DNA of 64,000 nucleotides from Bdellovibrionaceae bacterium UBA6776 (lineage in GTDB: Bacteria; Bdellovibrionota; Bdellovibrionia; Bdellovibrionales; UBA1609). The notes beneath the pieces are model-generated. The model did not search any database, was not told the DNA's origin, and saw only the letters and a program-made list of their open reading frames with translations. The translations under genes were made by a program, and so were the position numbers. The stretch is from positions 16,730-80,729 of the forward strand of contig DKGG01000032.1 in the NCBI GenBank assembly GCA_002453155.1, in the 5' to 3' direction. This document shows, in pieces, positions 10,669 through 19,561 of the stretch. Each line of letters starts with the position of its first letter. Position 1 is the first letter of the stretch.

Positions 10669-11352
10669 TCACAGACATTGTGTCAGTTCATCAAAATGAT
10701 CGATGCGAAAGTGCGCCCCCAAAGACATCAAAGTCTCGATGGGTGTGTAGCCAAAGGACACCGCTACAGAGGTGCATTTTGCGGCATGTGCCCCTTCCAC
10801 ATCCGGAGTTCCATCACCCACAAGAACGGCTTCTTCCGGTTGAACGCCGGCCGCAGAAATTGCCTCCAAAATAGGCATTGGATGGGGTTTCATGTGCTCA
10901 AAGGTGTTTCCGCCGATGATTTTGACCCAGGGGTATTTTTGAAGGCCCACTTTCTCTAAAATGGGCGGGATCAGATCTTCTTTTTTATTGGAAACAATGG
11001 CGATTTTAAGGTCTCGAGCAGGAACTTCCTTTTGGAGGAAGTTCTCCAAACCTTCAAAAATCACGGGATTTTTTAAAAACTCATGACGATAGATGTCGAG
11101 AAAGTCGGTGTAAAGACCCTCTTCAATGGCAGGATCCTCATTGGCCTCAGGAAAAAAATCCTTCAGAAGAGTTTTCAAACCGGTTCCTATGTCACGGCGA
11201 ATCACATCTGCGGGAAGAGCCTTGTGTCCGTTTTTGGTAAGAAGCAAGTTGGTTGCGGAAATGATGTCGGGAGCGGTGTCCACCAACGTCCCATCAAAAT
11301 CGAACATGATAAGTTTAAACTTGGAGTTCTTGATTTTTTTCACGGGCTCCAT
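10669..11352 (-). CDS. HAD-family hydrolase (phosphoglycolate phosphatase-like)
   Basis: FDFDGTLVDT, SNK, KPHP, VGDG..D. Confidence 0.9.
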   Translation of the reverse strand: MEPVKKIKNSKFKLIMFDFDGTLVDTAPDIISATNLLLTKNGHKALPADVIRRDIGTGLKTLLKDFFPEANEDPAIEEGLYTDFLDIYRHEFLKNPVIFEGLENFLQKEVPARDLKIAIVSNKKEDLIPPILEKVGLQKYPWVKIIGGNTFEHMKPHPMPILEAISAAGVQPEEAVLVGDGTPDVEGAHAAKCTSVAVSFGYTPIETLMSLGAHFRIDHFDELTQCL

Positions 11353-11399
11353 GTTACTTGAGACCCTTTGAATGTCCATCACTTTACCTGGAGGTCACT

Positions 11400-12050
11400 T
11401 TGAGAAATTCAAGCGGTCAGGAAAATTATCTGGCAGAACTTTATGGGCAAAGCCATTCTGGTCTTTACCAGATTCAAGAACAAATGAATCAAGATGGCGT
11501 GGGGGGCATGTCACTTTCTTTTGGAGAGGCTCGAATTCTTCAATTTTTGATTCAAACTCATAACGTAAAAACCGTGGTTGAAATTGGAAGTCTCTATGGC
11601 AGTTCCGCATTGGCGATGGGCATGGCCTTACCTAAAGATGGAAAAATCTATTGCTTTGAAAAGTCTGAGGATCGGGCTCGAAAAATTGAGTCCCATTTGA
11701 AAGAACATTTAACCTGTAAGTTTGAAGTTCATTCGGGACCCGCGGATGAGGCGTTAAAGAAAATAGAAAACCAGGGTCCTTTCGATATGGTCTTTATTGA
11801 TGCGGACAAGGGCGGATATTTTTCTTATTTGCAATGGGCGGAAGCACACACTCAAAAGGGTTCGGTCATCGTAGGGGACAACACCTTTTTATTTGGCGCT
11901 TTGTGGGGGGAATCAAAAAACTCCAATGTGGGTGCAAAACAAATAGATTCTATGAAGAAGTTTAATGAACGTTTGGTGGATGAATCTTTGTATCATTCCC
12001 TGTTGGTGCCGACACCCGAGGGCATGACAGTGGGAATTCGAAAAGTTTAG
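11400..12050 (+). CDS. O-methyltransferase (COMT/caffeoyl-CoA type)
   Basis: VEIGSLYGSS, FDMVFIDADK, VGDN. Start placed at a TTG after GGAGG. Confidence 0.88.
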   Translation: MRNSSGQENYLAELYGQSHSGLYQIQEQMNQDGVGGMSLSFGEARILQFLIQTHNVKTVVEIGSLYGSSALAMGMALPKDGKIYCFEKSEDRARKIESHLKEHLTCKFEVHSGPADEALKKIENQGPFDMVFIDADKGGYFSYLQWAEAHTQKGSVIVGDNTFLFGALWGESKNSNVGAKQIDSMKKFNERLVDESLYHSLLVPTPEGMTVGIRKV

Positions 12051-12060
12051 GATTTGATTT

Positions 12061-12966
12061 ATGAATGAACTGAAGTCTTGGGAAGATGTGGTTAAGATTT
12101 TAATGGATCAAACAGAGGCATGGGCGACCAGTGCCATTCGGATTTTTCCGAATTTGATCATTGCTCTTTTGGTTCTGCTTTTTTTCATTTTTATTTCGGG
12201 ATTCATTCGCCATTTGGCGAAAAGGATTTTGGATCGCTTTTCTGAAAATGATTCGATCAACTCCATCGTGGCCACATCTATCAATGTGGCGTTTATTTCT
12301 GTCGGAGTTTTTGCGGCTTTGAGTGTATTGAATCTGGATAAGACGGTTACTTCATTGCTCGCTGGTGCCGGAGTCATCGGTATTGCTTTGGGTTTTGCCT
12401 TTCAAGAGATTGCATCTAATTTTTTGGCGGGGATTTTTATCGCCTTTATGAAACCTTATCGTGTGGGTGATGTGGTTGAGGTCGAAGGGGGAGAGTTGGG
12501 TGTGATCTATCGCATTGATATTCGAACCACCTCTTTGATGACCTTTGATCAGTTGGAAGTTTTGATTCCAAACAAAGACATGTTCACAAAGTCGGTCAAA
12601 AACTACACCACCACTCCCAAACGCCGTTTGGAAGTGCGATGTGGAGTGTCCTATGGTGAAAATTTAAAATCTGTCAGGGAGCTGGTTTTAAAAACTTTAG
12701 AAAAAGTTCCTTTTCGAACTGAAGATGAAGTGGAAGTTTATTTCGAAAAGTTTGGTGATTCTTCGATTGATTTTGTCGCCTTTATTTGGATTGAGTACCC
12801 CGGTGATGGAAACTATTTTAAAGCGCAAAACGAAGCGATTTTATTGATCAAAGAAGCCTTCGACAATGCGGGCATAGTGATCCCATTTCCTATTCGCACA
12901 TTGGATTTCGGAATCAAAGGCGGCACACGCCTCCACGAGGAACTCTCCCACCATCCCTTAAGCTGA
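12061..12966 (+). CDS. mscS: small-conductance mechanosensitive channel
   Basis: Three TM segments, GIALGFAFQEIASNF, PYRVGD, IPN, FGDSSI, IPFP. Confidence 0.92.
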   Translation: MNELKSWEDVVKILMDQTEAWATSAIRIFPNLIIALLVLLFFIFISGFIRHLAKRILDRFSENDSINSIVATSINVAFISVGVFAALSVLNLDKTVTSLLAGAGVIGIALGFAFQEIASNFLAGIFIAFMKPYRVGDVVEVEGGELGVIYRIDIRTTSLMTFDQLEVLIPNKDMFTKSVKNYTTTPKRRLEVRCGVSYGENLKSVRELVLKTLEKVPFRTEDEVEVYFEKFGDSSIDFVAFIWIEYPGDGNYFKAQNEAILLIKEAFDNAGIVIPFPIRTLDFGIKGGTRLHEELSHHPLS

Positions 12967-12973
12967 AGATTTT

Positions 12974-13070
12974 TAAATTCAACGAGAATTCAATTGCATT
13001 AAAAGCGAGTTCCGCAACGCAGTGAGGACTGTTCGAAGATTTTAATGCGATTGAATTCTCGTTGAATTTA
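12974..13070. repeat. long inverted repeat (31-bp arms, 1 mismatch, 35-nt loop) between convergent genes
   Basis: TAAATTCAACGAGAATTCAATTGCATTAAAA (12974-13004) versus TTTTAATGCGATTGAATTCTCGTTGAATTTA (13040-13070). Confidence 0.9.
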
Positions 13071-13083
13071 GAAAATTCGAGAT

Positions 13084-13599
13084 TTAGGGGAGGTCGACTT
13101 GAGTCAAATCTTTGATGGAATAGCCGTCGTGGAAAATGTCGTCCAACTTTTGAATGGCGGGAAGTTGATATTCTGAATCCACTCGGTCCAAATCAGCAGT
13201 GATGCATACGACGAAATCTTCTTCGTAGGGGTTGGGAGCCTGCTCTTCACCAACATATTTGTCCCAATGAAAATCCAAATCTTTTAGATCCTTTTGAAGT
13301 TGATCCGAGTTCTGGATGGAGCTTTTCGCGACCGCTTTAGAAATGTGAAAAACCGTTGGGGCATCCGTCAAAGTTACTTTCTTCAAGGGCAATTTATTAT
13401 GGGTGCTGGCATCTTTTAAGTTGTCCAAGTAGGCGAAGGCACGAACGCGGTGATAGGAGTCTTCATAAAAATGAAGTCCACGAATCTGTCCGCAAATCGA
13501 TCGAAATTGGAATGCATGGGCAGATGAGATGCCTGTCAGCAGTCCCACAAAAGCAATGGCTTTGAGGACAAAAAATGAAATGTGTGAACGTTGACTCAT
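13084..13599 (-). CDS. hypothetical exported protein
   Basis: Signal peptide ending AHA, AAGGGGG RBS, two Cys, no recognised domain. Confidence 0.7.
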   Translation of the reverse strand: MSQRSHISFFVLKAIAFVGLLTGISSAHAFQFRSICGQIRGLHFYEDSYHRVRAFAYLDNLKDASTHNKLPLKKVTLTDAPTVFHISKAVAKSSIQNSDQLQKDLKDLDFHWDKYVGEEQAPNPYEEDFVVCITADLDRVDSEYQLPAIQKLDDIFHDGYSIKDLTQVDLP

Positions 13600-13665
13600 G
13601 GGGCCCCCTTATAAAAACACGGTGCGTTTAAAGGGATTATCTTGTTCCTGCGGAGGATTCAAGGT

Positions 13666-14457
13666 TTAGGAGCCTGTTTGACGGAAATCCTGCAGAAATT
13701 CGATCAGGATTTGACGATAGTCACTGAAGTGGGTCTTGATGCCTCCTAGATGCTCTGCGCCATTGAACAGGTGGGTGGAGAGTCTGAAGGAGTGGGGAAG
13801 GGCAAAGAACTTTTCGATGGCCCTAAGGGGCACCAATTGGTCCTTTTCGCAGCGAAGACTCAAAACGGGGAAATCTTTTGGGGTTTCTGAAATCCAACGG
13901 CGGAGTCGACGCTCGTATCCCAACCCGCCAAAGATGATGAAACTGGTGGTATTGATTGCAGCCAAGAGCAAGGGGTTTGAAATTCGCGCAAGGACCGCAT
14001 TGTAATTCCAAAAACATTCCCATGCGTCCAAGAAAGGGCCGGAATCACAAATCCATGCCTTAACATCTTTTCTTTGCTTTCCCCCTAAAACACCCACGGC
14101 GGAGGTCGACGGAGAGGACAATGAAAACAATATTTTCTCTCCAGGCAGATGATCCAAAACCGAATTGAGTTGATCGGTCCAAGTTTCAATAAAATTTTTA
14201 TGTCCCGTCACCACATGACGGATCAGTTTCATCAAACGGTGTGAAAACTGAGAGTCGGCATCAAAGGAGTGATAGTAAAGATTGAAGGTGACGCAGTCGT
14301 ATCCAGCTTCCAAAAGAATTTTTTGATGACGTCGAGTGGACTTCTTATTGCCACCAAAGTGATGGATGAAAACCACGATCTCAGAATGTTTTTTTGAGGG
14401 AGAACAAAGATATTCTCCCTCAAAGGGCAAATTAGTAATTGGAGTGTTGGCGTTCAT
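13666..14457 (-). CDS. alpha/beta-hydrolase-fold protein
   Basis: VFIHHFGG, FSLSSP (atypical elbow), DSGP, KDQLVP, AEHL. Start placed at MNANT. Confidence 0.65.
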   Translation of the reverse strand: MNANTPITNLPFEGEYLCSPSKKHSEIVVFIHHFGGNKKSTRRHQKILLEAGYDCVTFNLYYHSFDADSQFSHRLMKLIRHVVTGHKNFIETWTDQLNSVLDHLPGEKILFSLSSPSTSAVGVLGGKQRKDVKAWICDSGPFLDAWECFWNYNAVLARISNPLLLAAINTTSFIIFGGLGYERRLRRWISETPKDFPVLSLRCEKDQLVPLRAIEKFFALPHSFRLSTHLFNGAEHLGGIKTHFSDYRQILIEFLQDFRQTGS

Positions 14458-17221
14458 AGGACGAAGACGAAGTGTCTGCGTGAACTTCTTCGAGAACCCG
14501 TTTTGAGATTTGAACGGTCTCCAAAGAGGTGTCTTGAAGAACTTTTTCGCAGGCCTCAACAATCGAGGCATCATCAATACCGTGATAGCGGTACACGTCT
14601 GAAGGTCGACCACACTTGCTGTGTTTTCGAACTCCCAAAGCTTCGTGTTTCACTCCAACAATGGAACCAATGTTGTCGAGAAGTCCCATTTCGCCATCAT
14701 GAACACTGACGATGGGAATTCTTCGTCCAGCAACAGTTTTTACTTCAGCGGCGTGAAGACTGCCGTTCAACTGAGGTTGCAAGTAAAGCTCCGAATTGAT
14801 GTTCAAGCCGTGTTTCAAATGCTCATAATCATTTAAGTGACCAAGATTTCCAATCAGCAAATCTGGAGAAGTCACCAAAATCACGTTGGCATAAATGCCT
14901 TTAGCCAGAAGAGCATCAGAAGCGGCCAGAGCTTCGGCGGTTGGGGCGCCCATGGAAAAAATGTGAACCACATTGTCTCCGGGTTCGTAGCCTTTGAAAC
15001 CGCGATAATCCACAAGGAAGTATCCACCTTTTAGAACATCTTCGCGAACCGCCGCCATCAGTTGGTTTTCGTCGAAACTTTCCACATCATCGGTGTTGTG
15101 AGCTCCATCCATTTCAAATTCGGGATGGCAAAGTGAAACGTTGGAATCCTGTTTAAATTTTTGATGGCGCTTCAGTCTTTTTAAGAATTCTTTTTGATCA
15201 GCACCTCGAGTGACGCCACGGATGATCACACCAGATCGACCTTCATTGTCGTAAGTGAAATGACGTCTGATGGAGTCCACCAAAATCCAATCCAACTCTT
15301 GGCAAAAGAAAGGCTCCCAAGTGATTTGATTGGGAATCTGAATGTCGGACTTCCAACCGTGCTGAGCGCCTTCTGGAGAAAGTGTCACGCCGGAGGGGGT
15401 GCCCACCAAAATAAAAGAAGATTTCCAATACAGATTGTAAAAGAGTTGATCCAATGCCCGCTTGATAAAGAAATCATAAACGGTCATGACGGGAAGAAGA
15501 GGGATCCCCAAAAGGTCACGCATTTGACCAAAGGATCCTTTGCACGACATGGTGTTTGCTTCGGTGATTTCAAAACGCAGGAAGCGATCGGTAATCTCTT
15601 CGCCAGGAACCAAGTCAGGTTGTTTTTTGTCCTTCACGCCAAATTCAGATTCCTCGTCCTCGATGTCGAGGGCAGAGAAAATTTTCCCGTCCATTGAGGG
15701 GTTCATGTTGGTGCTGGTTCCCACATCTGGAGCCATCGCTACGATCATTTCTCCGGCCTGCTTGAAAGGAATTTCATTTTCTTTCAAAGCCTTTTCGCCT
15801 TTTGAAAGCATTTTTTCTTCCAAAGGGGTGTTAGCGATTCGAGAAAGTTTAGAAGTTAACTGACCCAGCATCCACTGCGTGTGAGGGTAGTTGGCCATTT
15901 TAAAGTTGATGTCCAAAGACTCCGGCATTTCTCCAAGGCTGTTCAACTCATTTAAGAACTTTTCTTTGTTCTTTTCTTTCAATGCATGTTGGTCACAAAT
16001 TTCTTTGTAGAGCTGATCGCCACGAGTTTTTAAATACTTTCCTTCCGCAGAGGACGCCTCAAAGCCTTCAAATTTTTGGCCGTCTTTTAAGCCCGTGGCC
16101 TTGGCCAAGGCCTGAATTTCAGACTCTTCAGGAAGAGTGGAGTGGTTGCCTGGAGAGGCGGCCATATCCAAACCCCATCCCTTAAGAGTGTGAACAATAA
16201 TAAAAGTAGGTTGGTCAGTGATGGCCTTTGATTTCTCCATGGCTTCAACCAATTTTTCAAAATCATGTCCTCCGAAGTCTCGAATGGCGGCCATCAAATC
16301 TTTGGAATCCACAGACTTTAAGAAGTCTTCAACCTTCTTGGATTTTTGGAGCAAAAATTCCTTGGCATCTTTGACATCTTTGATCTGCAAAAGAACTTGA
16401 AGGTCATAGTCGTCCATAATGTCATCAAAGAGAGCTTTAAAGTGTTCGCCGCCTTTTTGAGAAAACAACTTCTCTCGAAGTTTTCCGTGTTTCACTTGCA
16501 GAACATGCCAGCCGTTGGCCTCCATGCTTCGTTGAACACGGAGGTCATCCGTTCCCGCCATGATTTTGCGGTTGGAGATGCGGTGTCCATCCAAACTTTG
16601 TCGGTTGTAATCCAAGATCCATGTGAGGTTTCCAATTTGACGTTCCGCAAACTCGGGAACCGCTTCGTGAAGGCTTCCTTCTCGGAATTCCGAATCTCCC
16701 ATCACCGCCCAAAAGTGAGCGTCGGGAACTTCAAAACCATGTTTCTTTGCATAGGTGTAGGCCAGTGCCAGGTACCCGGCCATGACTGGGGGAATGCCAA
16801 CCGTGCCTGAGGGAAAGAAGTTGTGATGATCGGGATCCCATGCGGAATGGTAAGATTGAAAAACGGGCTCTCCATTTTGCGAGAAGGCGCGGAGCCCTGA
16901 CATGGCTTGATCCGCATCTTCTTTTGAAAAGCGTTGAAGTTCTTTGTCCAACAAAAGATTCAGCAAATAATTGTAAGAGTGATCTGTGGGAGAAGCGTGT
17001 GGCTTGTTGGCAATGTGGTCAAAACCACTTTTAACCACCAAATGCAAAGCGCCCAAAATGTGCAAGGCCGATGAAGAGGCCGAAGCATGTCCGCCCACTT
17101 TGGGGTCGCCTTTTTCCACATTGTCGCGGTGGTTGGCTGTGTAAATCATCTGGCATGCGAGGTAATGGGCTCGCTTGGCGATGGAATTCAAAGTTTTTAA
17201 GTCGATCTTTTTTTGAGTCAT
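14432..17221 (-). CDS. aceE: pyruvate dehydrogenase E1, AceE-like single-chain type
   Basis: KVGGHAS, KPHASP, TPP-binding GDSE..EG..NRQSLDG, HTLKGWGL, PSGVTLSPEGAQH. Confidence 0.85.
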   Translation of the reverse strand: MTQKKIDLKTLNSIAKRAHYLACQMIYTANHRDNVEKGDPKVGGHASASSSALHILGALHLVVKSGFDHIANKPHASPTDHSYNYLLNLLLDKELQRFSKEDADQAMSGLRAFSQNGEPVFQSYHSAWDPDHHNFFPSGTVGIPPVMAGYLALAYTYAKKHGFEVPDAHFWAVMGDSEFREGSLHEAVPEFAERQIGNLTWILDYNRQSLDGHRISNRKIMAGTDDLRVQRSMEANGWHVLQVKHGKLREKLFSQKGGEHFKALFDDIMDDYDLQVLLQIKDVKDAKEFLLQKSKKVEDFLKSVDSKDLMAAIRDFGGHDFEKLVEAMEKSKAITDQPTFIIVHTLKGWGLDMAASPGNHSTLPEESEIQALAKATGLKDGQKFEGFEASSAEGKYLKTRGDQLYKEICDQHALKEKNKEKFLNELNSLGEMPESLDINFKMANYPHTQWMLGQLTSKLSRIANTPLEEKMLSKGEKALKENEIPFKQAGEMIVAMAPDVGTSTNMNPSMDGKIFSALDIEDEESEFGVKDKKQPDLVPGEEITDRFLRFEITEANTMSCKGSFGQMRDLLGIPLLPVMTVYDFFIKRALDQLFYNLYWKSSFILVGTPSGVTLSPEGAQHGWKSDIQIPNQITWEPFFCQELDWILVDSIRRHFTYDNEGRSGVIIRGVTRGADQKEFLKRLKRHQKFKQDSNVSLCHPEFEMDGAHNTDDVESFDENQLMAAVREDVLKGGYFLVDYRGFKGYEPGDNVVHIFSMGAPTAEALAASDALLAKGIYANVILVTSPDLLIGNLGHLNDYEHLKHGLNINSELYLQPQLNGSLHAAEVKTVAGRRIPIVSVHDGEMGLLDNIGSIVGVKHEALGVRKHSKCGRPSDVYRYHGIDDASIVEACEKVLQDTSLETVQISKRVLEEVHADTSSSSYERQHSNY

Positions 17222-17263
17222 TCCCTTACTCCCGGTTGAAGATCAAATTTCAAATCCTAGAAT

Positions 17264-17827
17264 CTAAGCTTCCGAGCCTTGCGGGGCAAGGTCTTGTGCA
17301 GGTTCTATGGGACAATGGTGATAGGTCAGGCGGGAATCCGTCAAAGAGGTCAAATTGTCCTCGTTGAGCAACTGATGCCGTCCTAAACGGGTGATAAAAA
17401 GAGGGAAGCCCCAGTGCCACGGTGCTCCTTTGGGGTCAAAAAGCTGAATCATGGACATCTTGGTTGTGAATCCCGTTTCCGTATAAGCTCGGCGCAAAGC
17501 CATCCACACTTCTTTGGGGGGGCAAGGGACTTCTAAAGGTTGAGCGAATGCGGTGTGGGAAACCATGTGGAGTCCCGCTTTAATATTGGTGGTCAGATTT
17601 GCTTCCAGGTCATTGGTGTCAAAGACCAAATCCACTTCGGGCAGTTTTCGACTGTTTAATATGACGTGGTCAGCAGCTGTTCCAGACAAAACAACAATTG
17701 GATTGAGGTCTAAGCTTTGGAGATTTTCAATTTGGCGGTCTAAAAAAATAAGCTCGTTGTCGGTGTCGCGCCGAAGTGCAAAATGATTGCAGTCTTGTCT
17801 GTATCCAGCGAGAAGTAAAACATCCAT
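17264..17827 (-). CDS. MobA/MocA-like nucleotidyltransferase-fold protein (divergent)
   Basis: N-terminal VLLLAG, PIVVLSG, late GFPLFI; size 187 aa. Confidence 0.45.
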   Translation of the reverse strand: MDVLLLAGYRQDCNHFALRRDTDNELIFLDRQIENLQSLDLNPIVVLSGTAADHVILNSRKLPEVDLVFDTNDLEANLTTNIKAGLHMVSHTAFAQPLEVPCPPKEVWMALRRAYTETGFTTKMSMIQLFDPKGAPWHWGFPLFITRLGRHQLLNEDNLTSLTDSRLTYHHCPIEPAQDLAPQGSEA

Positions 17828-17851
17828 GTTGTTATCCTCTGTGTTCTTCTT

Positions 17852-18679
17852 TTAGGCCTCTAAAATAAAATCCCAACGGATTTTAATTGTTCCATCAGTT
17901 TCAATCATTCCCTCCGGAGGATTGGGAAAGGGTGCCGCAGCTTCAAAGGCTTCAATTGCTGCTGCATCCAAATCGACCACTCCACTTGCCGAAAGAACTT
18001 CCACTTTCATTAAGCTCCCGCTTTTGTCCAAGATGACCAAAACTTGAGTCACTCGGTCGTGAGCGGAAGCAATGTTACGTCCTTGCTTGTAGATAATTTT
18101 AACCTTTTCTTTGACCTTAGGCCCCCAGTGTTGGCGAATTTGGTCTTTGATCCGAGCGTAGTAGGAGTAGTAAACAAATTCCCGTGTGCTCAATAAAGTC
18201 TGAAGGCCAGACTTCACTTCTTTCAAATGGTCGTCCGTCTGGGATCTTTGCGCATTCAGTTCCCCTTCGCCTTCAAAGTCTGAAATTTTCTTGGACTTAA
18301 AGCTTGGAACCAGTTTTTCAAGAGAGGGAATTTCTCCCTTCTCGACCTTTTTCATTTCTTTAGATTTTGTGCCGCCACCTGCAGAATTTTGGAATTGTCC
18401 AGTGGCATCAGCTTTGGTTTGCTCTAAGACTTTTTGATCAAAGGCGCTCAGGAACTTTGCCTTTTCGTCCTTCTCGTCGTTGATTTGGCGTTGCTGTTCT
18501 ACAATTTGCTGGTTCTTAAGTATCGACGGGTCGATGTATGAAATTTCAACCTTTTCCAGGGTGGCGTCGGACTGAGGGGAAATCAAAGTGGGAAGCCATG
18601 CAGACAATACGAAAACAAAGTGGGCAAAGAGCGAAAGCCCCAGAAAGAAGACGATGGGTTGTATTTTTCGTTTAAACAT
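17852..18679 (-). CDS. TonB-family energy transducer
   Basis: N-terminal TM with S-x3-H (LSLFAH); C-terminal TonB_C domain (SGVVDLDAAAIEAFEAAAPFPNPP). Confidence 0.85.
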   Translation of the reverse strand: MFKRKIQPIVFFLGLSLFAHFVFVLSAWLPTLISPQSDATLEKVEISYIDPSILKNQQIVEQQRQINDEKDEKAKFLSAFDQKVLEQTKADATGQFQNSAGGGTKSKEMKKVEKGEIPSLEKLVPSFKSKKISDFEGEGELNAQRSQTDDHLKEVKSGLQTLLSTREFVYYSYYARIKDQIRQHWGPKVKEKVKIIYKQGRNIASAHDRVTQVLVILDKSGSLMKVEVLSASGVVDLDAAAIEAFEAAAPFPNPPEGMIETDGTIKIRWDFILEA

Positions 18680-18695
18680 TCATGCCTCAAAGATT

Positions 18696-18723
18696 TTATC
18701 GGCGAAGCCGCTTGGGTTTTTGA
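18696..18723 (-). promoter_or_regulatory. sigma28 (FliA)-type promoter of the TonB gene
   Basis: Minus strand TCAA-N16-GCCGATAA, ending 16 nt before the ATG. Confidence 0.65.
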
Positions 18724-18780
18724 GGCCAGTCTTTGAAAAGACCCTCGACTTTTAGAGATGAATTTCGCAGACTTAAAACT

Positions 18781-19515
18781 ATGCGATTTGATTTTTTTGC
18801 TCAGACAGACGTGGGTCTCAAAAGAGAAATCAATCAGGACTCCATTTTGGTGGATCCTGAGATCAATCTCTTTGTTGTGGCCGATGGAATGGGGGGCCAC
18901 AAAGGCGGAGAGGTGGCTTCTGGAATCGCTATCGAGACCGTTCGAGAAGTTTTCTTAAAAGGTTTAAATTCAAATTCTCTTCTTCCTCAGCAGCTGGTTG
19001 AACAGGCTTACAAAGAGGCCAGTCGCCGCATTCATCACGTCAGTACGGTTGAAAGTCCGGATCTTATGGGAATGGGCACCACCATGGTTTTGTTGTGGGC
19101 GCATCGGGGGAAGATCTTTATCGGAAATGTAGGGGACTCCCGTGCCTATTTGATTCGAGGTGAAAATCTCATGTGGCAGGTTACGGAGGATCATTCGCTG
19201 ATCAACGAGCAAGTTCGAGCGGGAGTTCTGACTGAGGAAGAGGCCCCCAAGGTGATCGGTCGGAACGTTATTACGCGAAGCGTTGGATTTGAGCGAGATG
19301 TCCGAGTGGACATCTTTCAGCGCGATTTTCGTCCGGATGAGAAGTTTCTTTTGTGCTCCGATGGGCTTTCTAGCCTCGTCTCTGCGGAAAGAATTGCTAA
19401 AATAGCAAATAACCCCTCTCCAGAGCAGGTCGTCATCGACTGCATTGAAGAGGCAAAAAAAGAGGGCGGAGACGACAACATTTCGGTGATATGCTTGTCG
19501 CCTCAAGGCTTATAA
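18781..19515 (+). CDS. PP2C-family Ser/Thr phosphatase (Stp1/PrpC type)
   Basis: REINQDS, VADGMGGH, MGTT, NVGDSR, TEDHS, LCSDGL, GGDDN all intact. Confidence 0.95.
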   Translation: MRFDFFAQTDVGLKREINQDSILVDPEINLFVVADGMGGHKGGEVASGIAIETVREVFLKGLNSNSLLPQQLVEQAYKEASRRIHHVSTVESPDLMGMGTTMVLLWAHRGKIFIGNVGDSRAYLIRGENLMWQVTEDHSLINEQVRAGVLTEEEAPKVIGRNVITRSVGFERDVRVDIFQRDFRPDEKFLLCSDGLSSLVSAERIAKIANNPSPEQVVIDCIEEAKKEGGDDNISVICLSPQGL

Positions 19516-19524
19516 AAAGGACAA

Positions 19525-19553
19525 TTGACGCGCGCAGGCGGCAAACCTAGAGT
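19525..19553 (+). promoter_or_regulatory. sigma70-type promoter
   Basis: TTGACG-N17-TAGAGT just upstream of the M23 gene. Confidence 0.5.
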
Positions 19554-19561
19554 GAGTAAAA

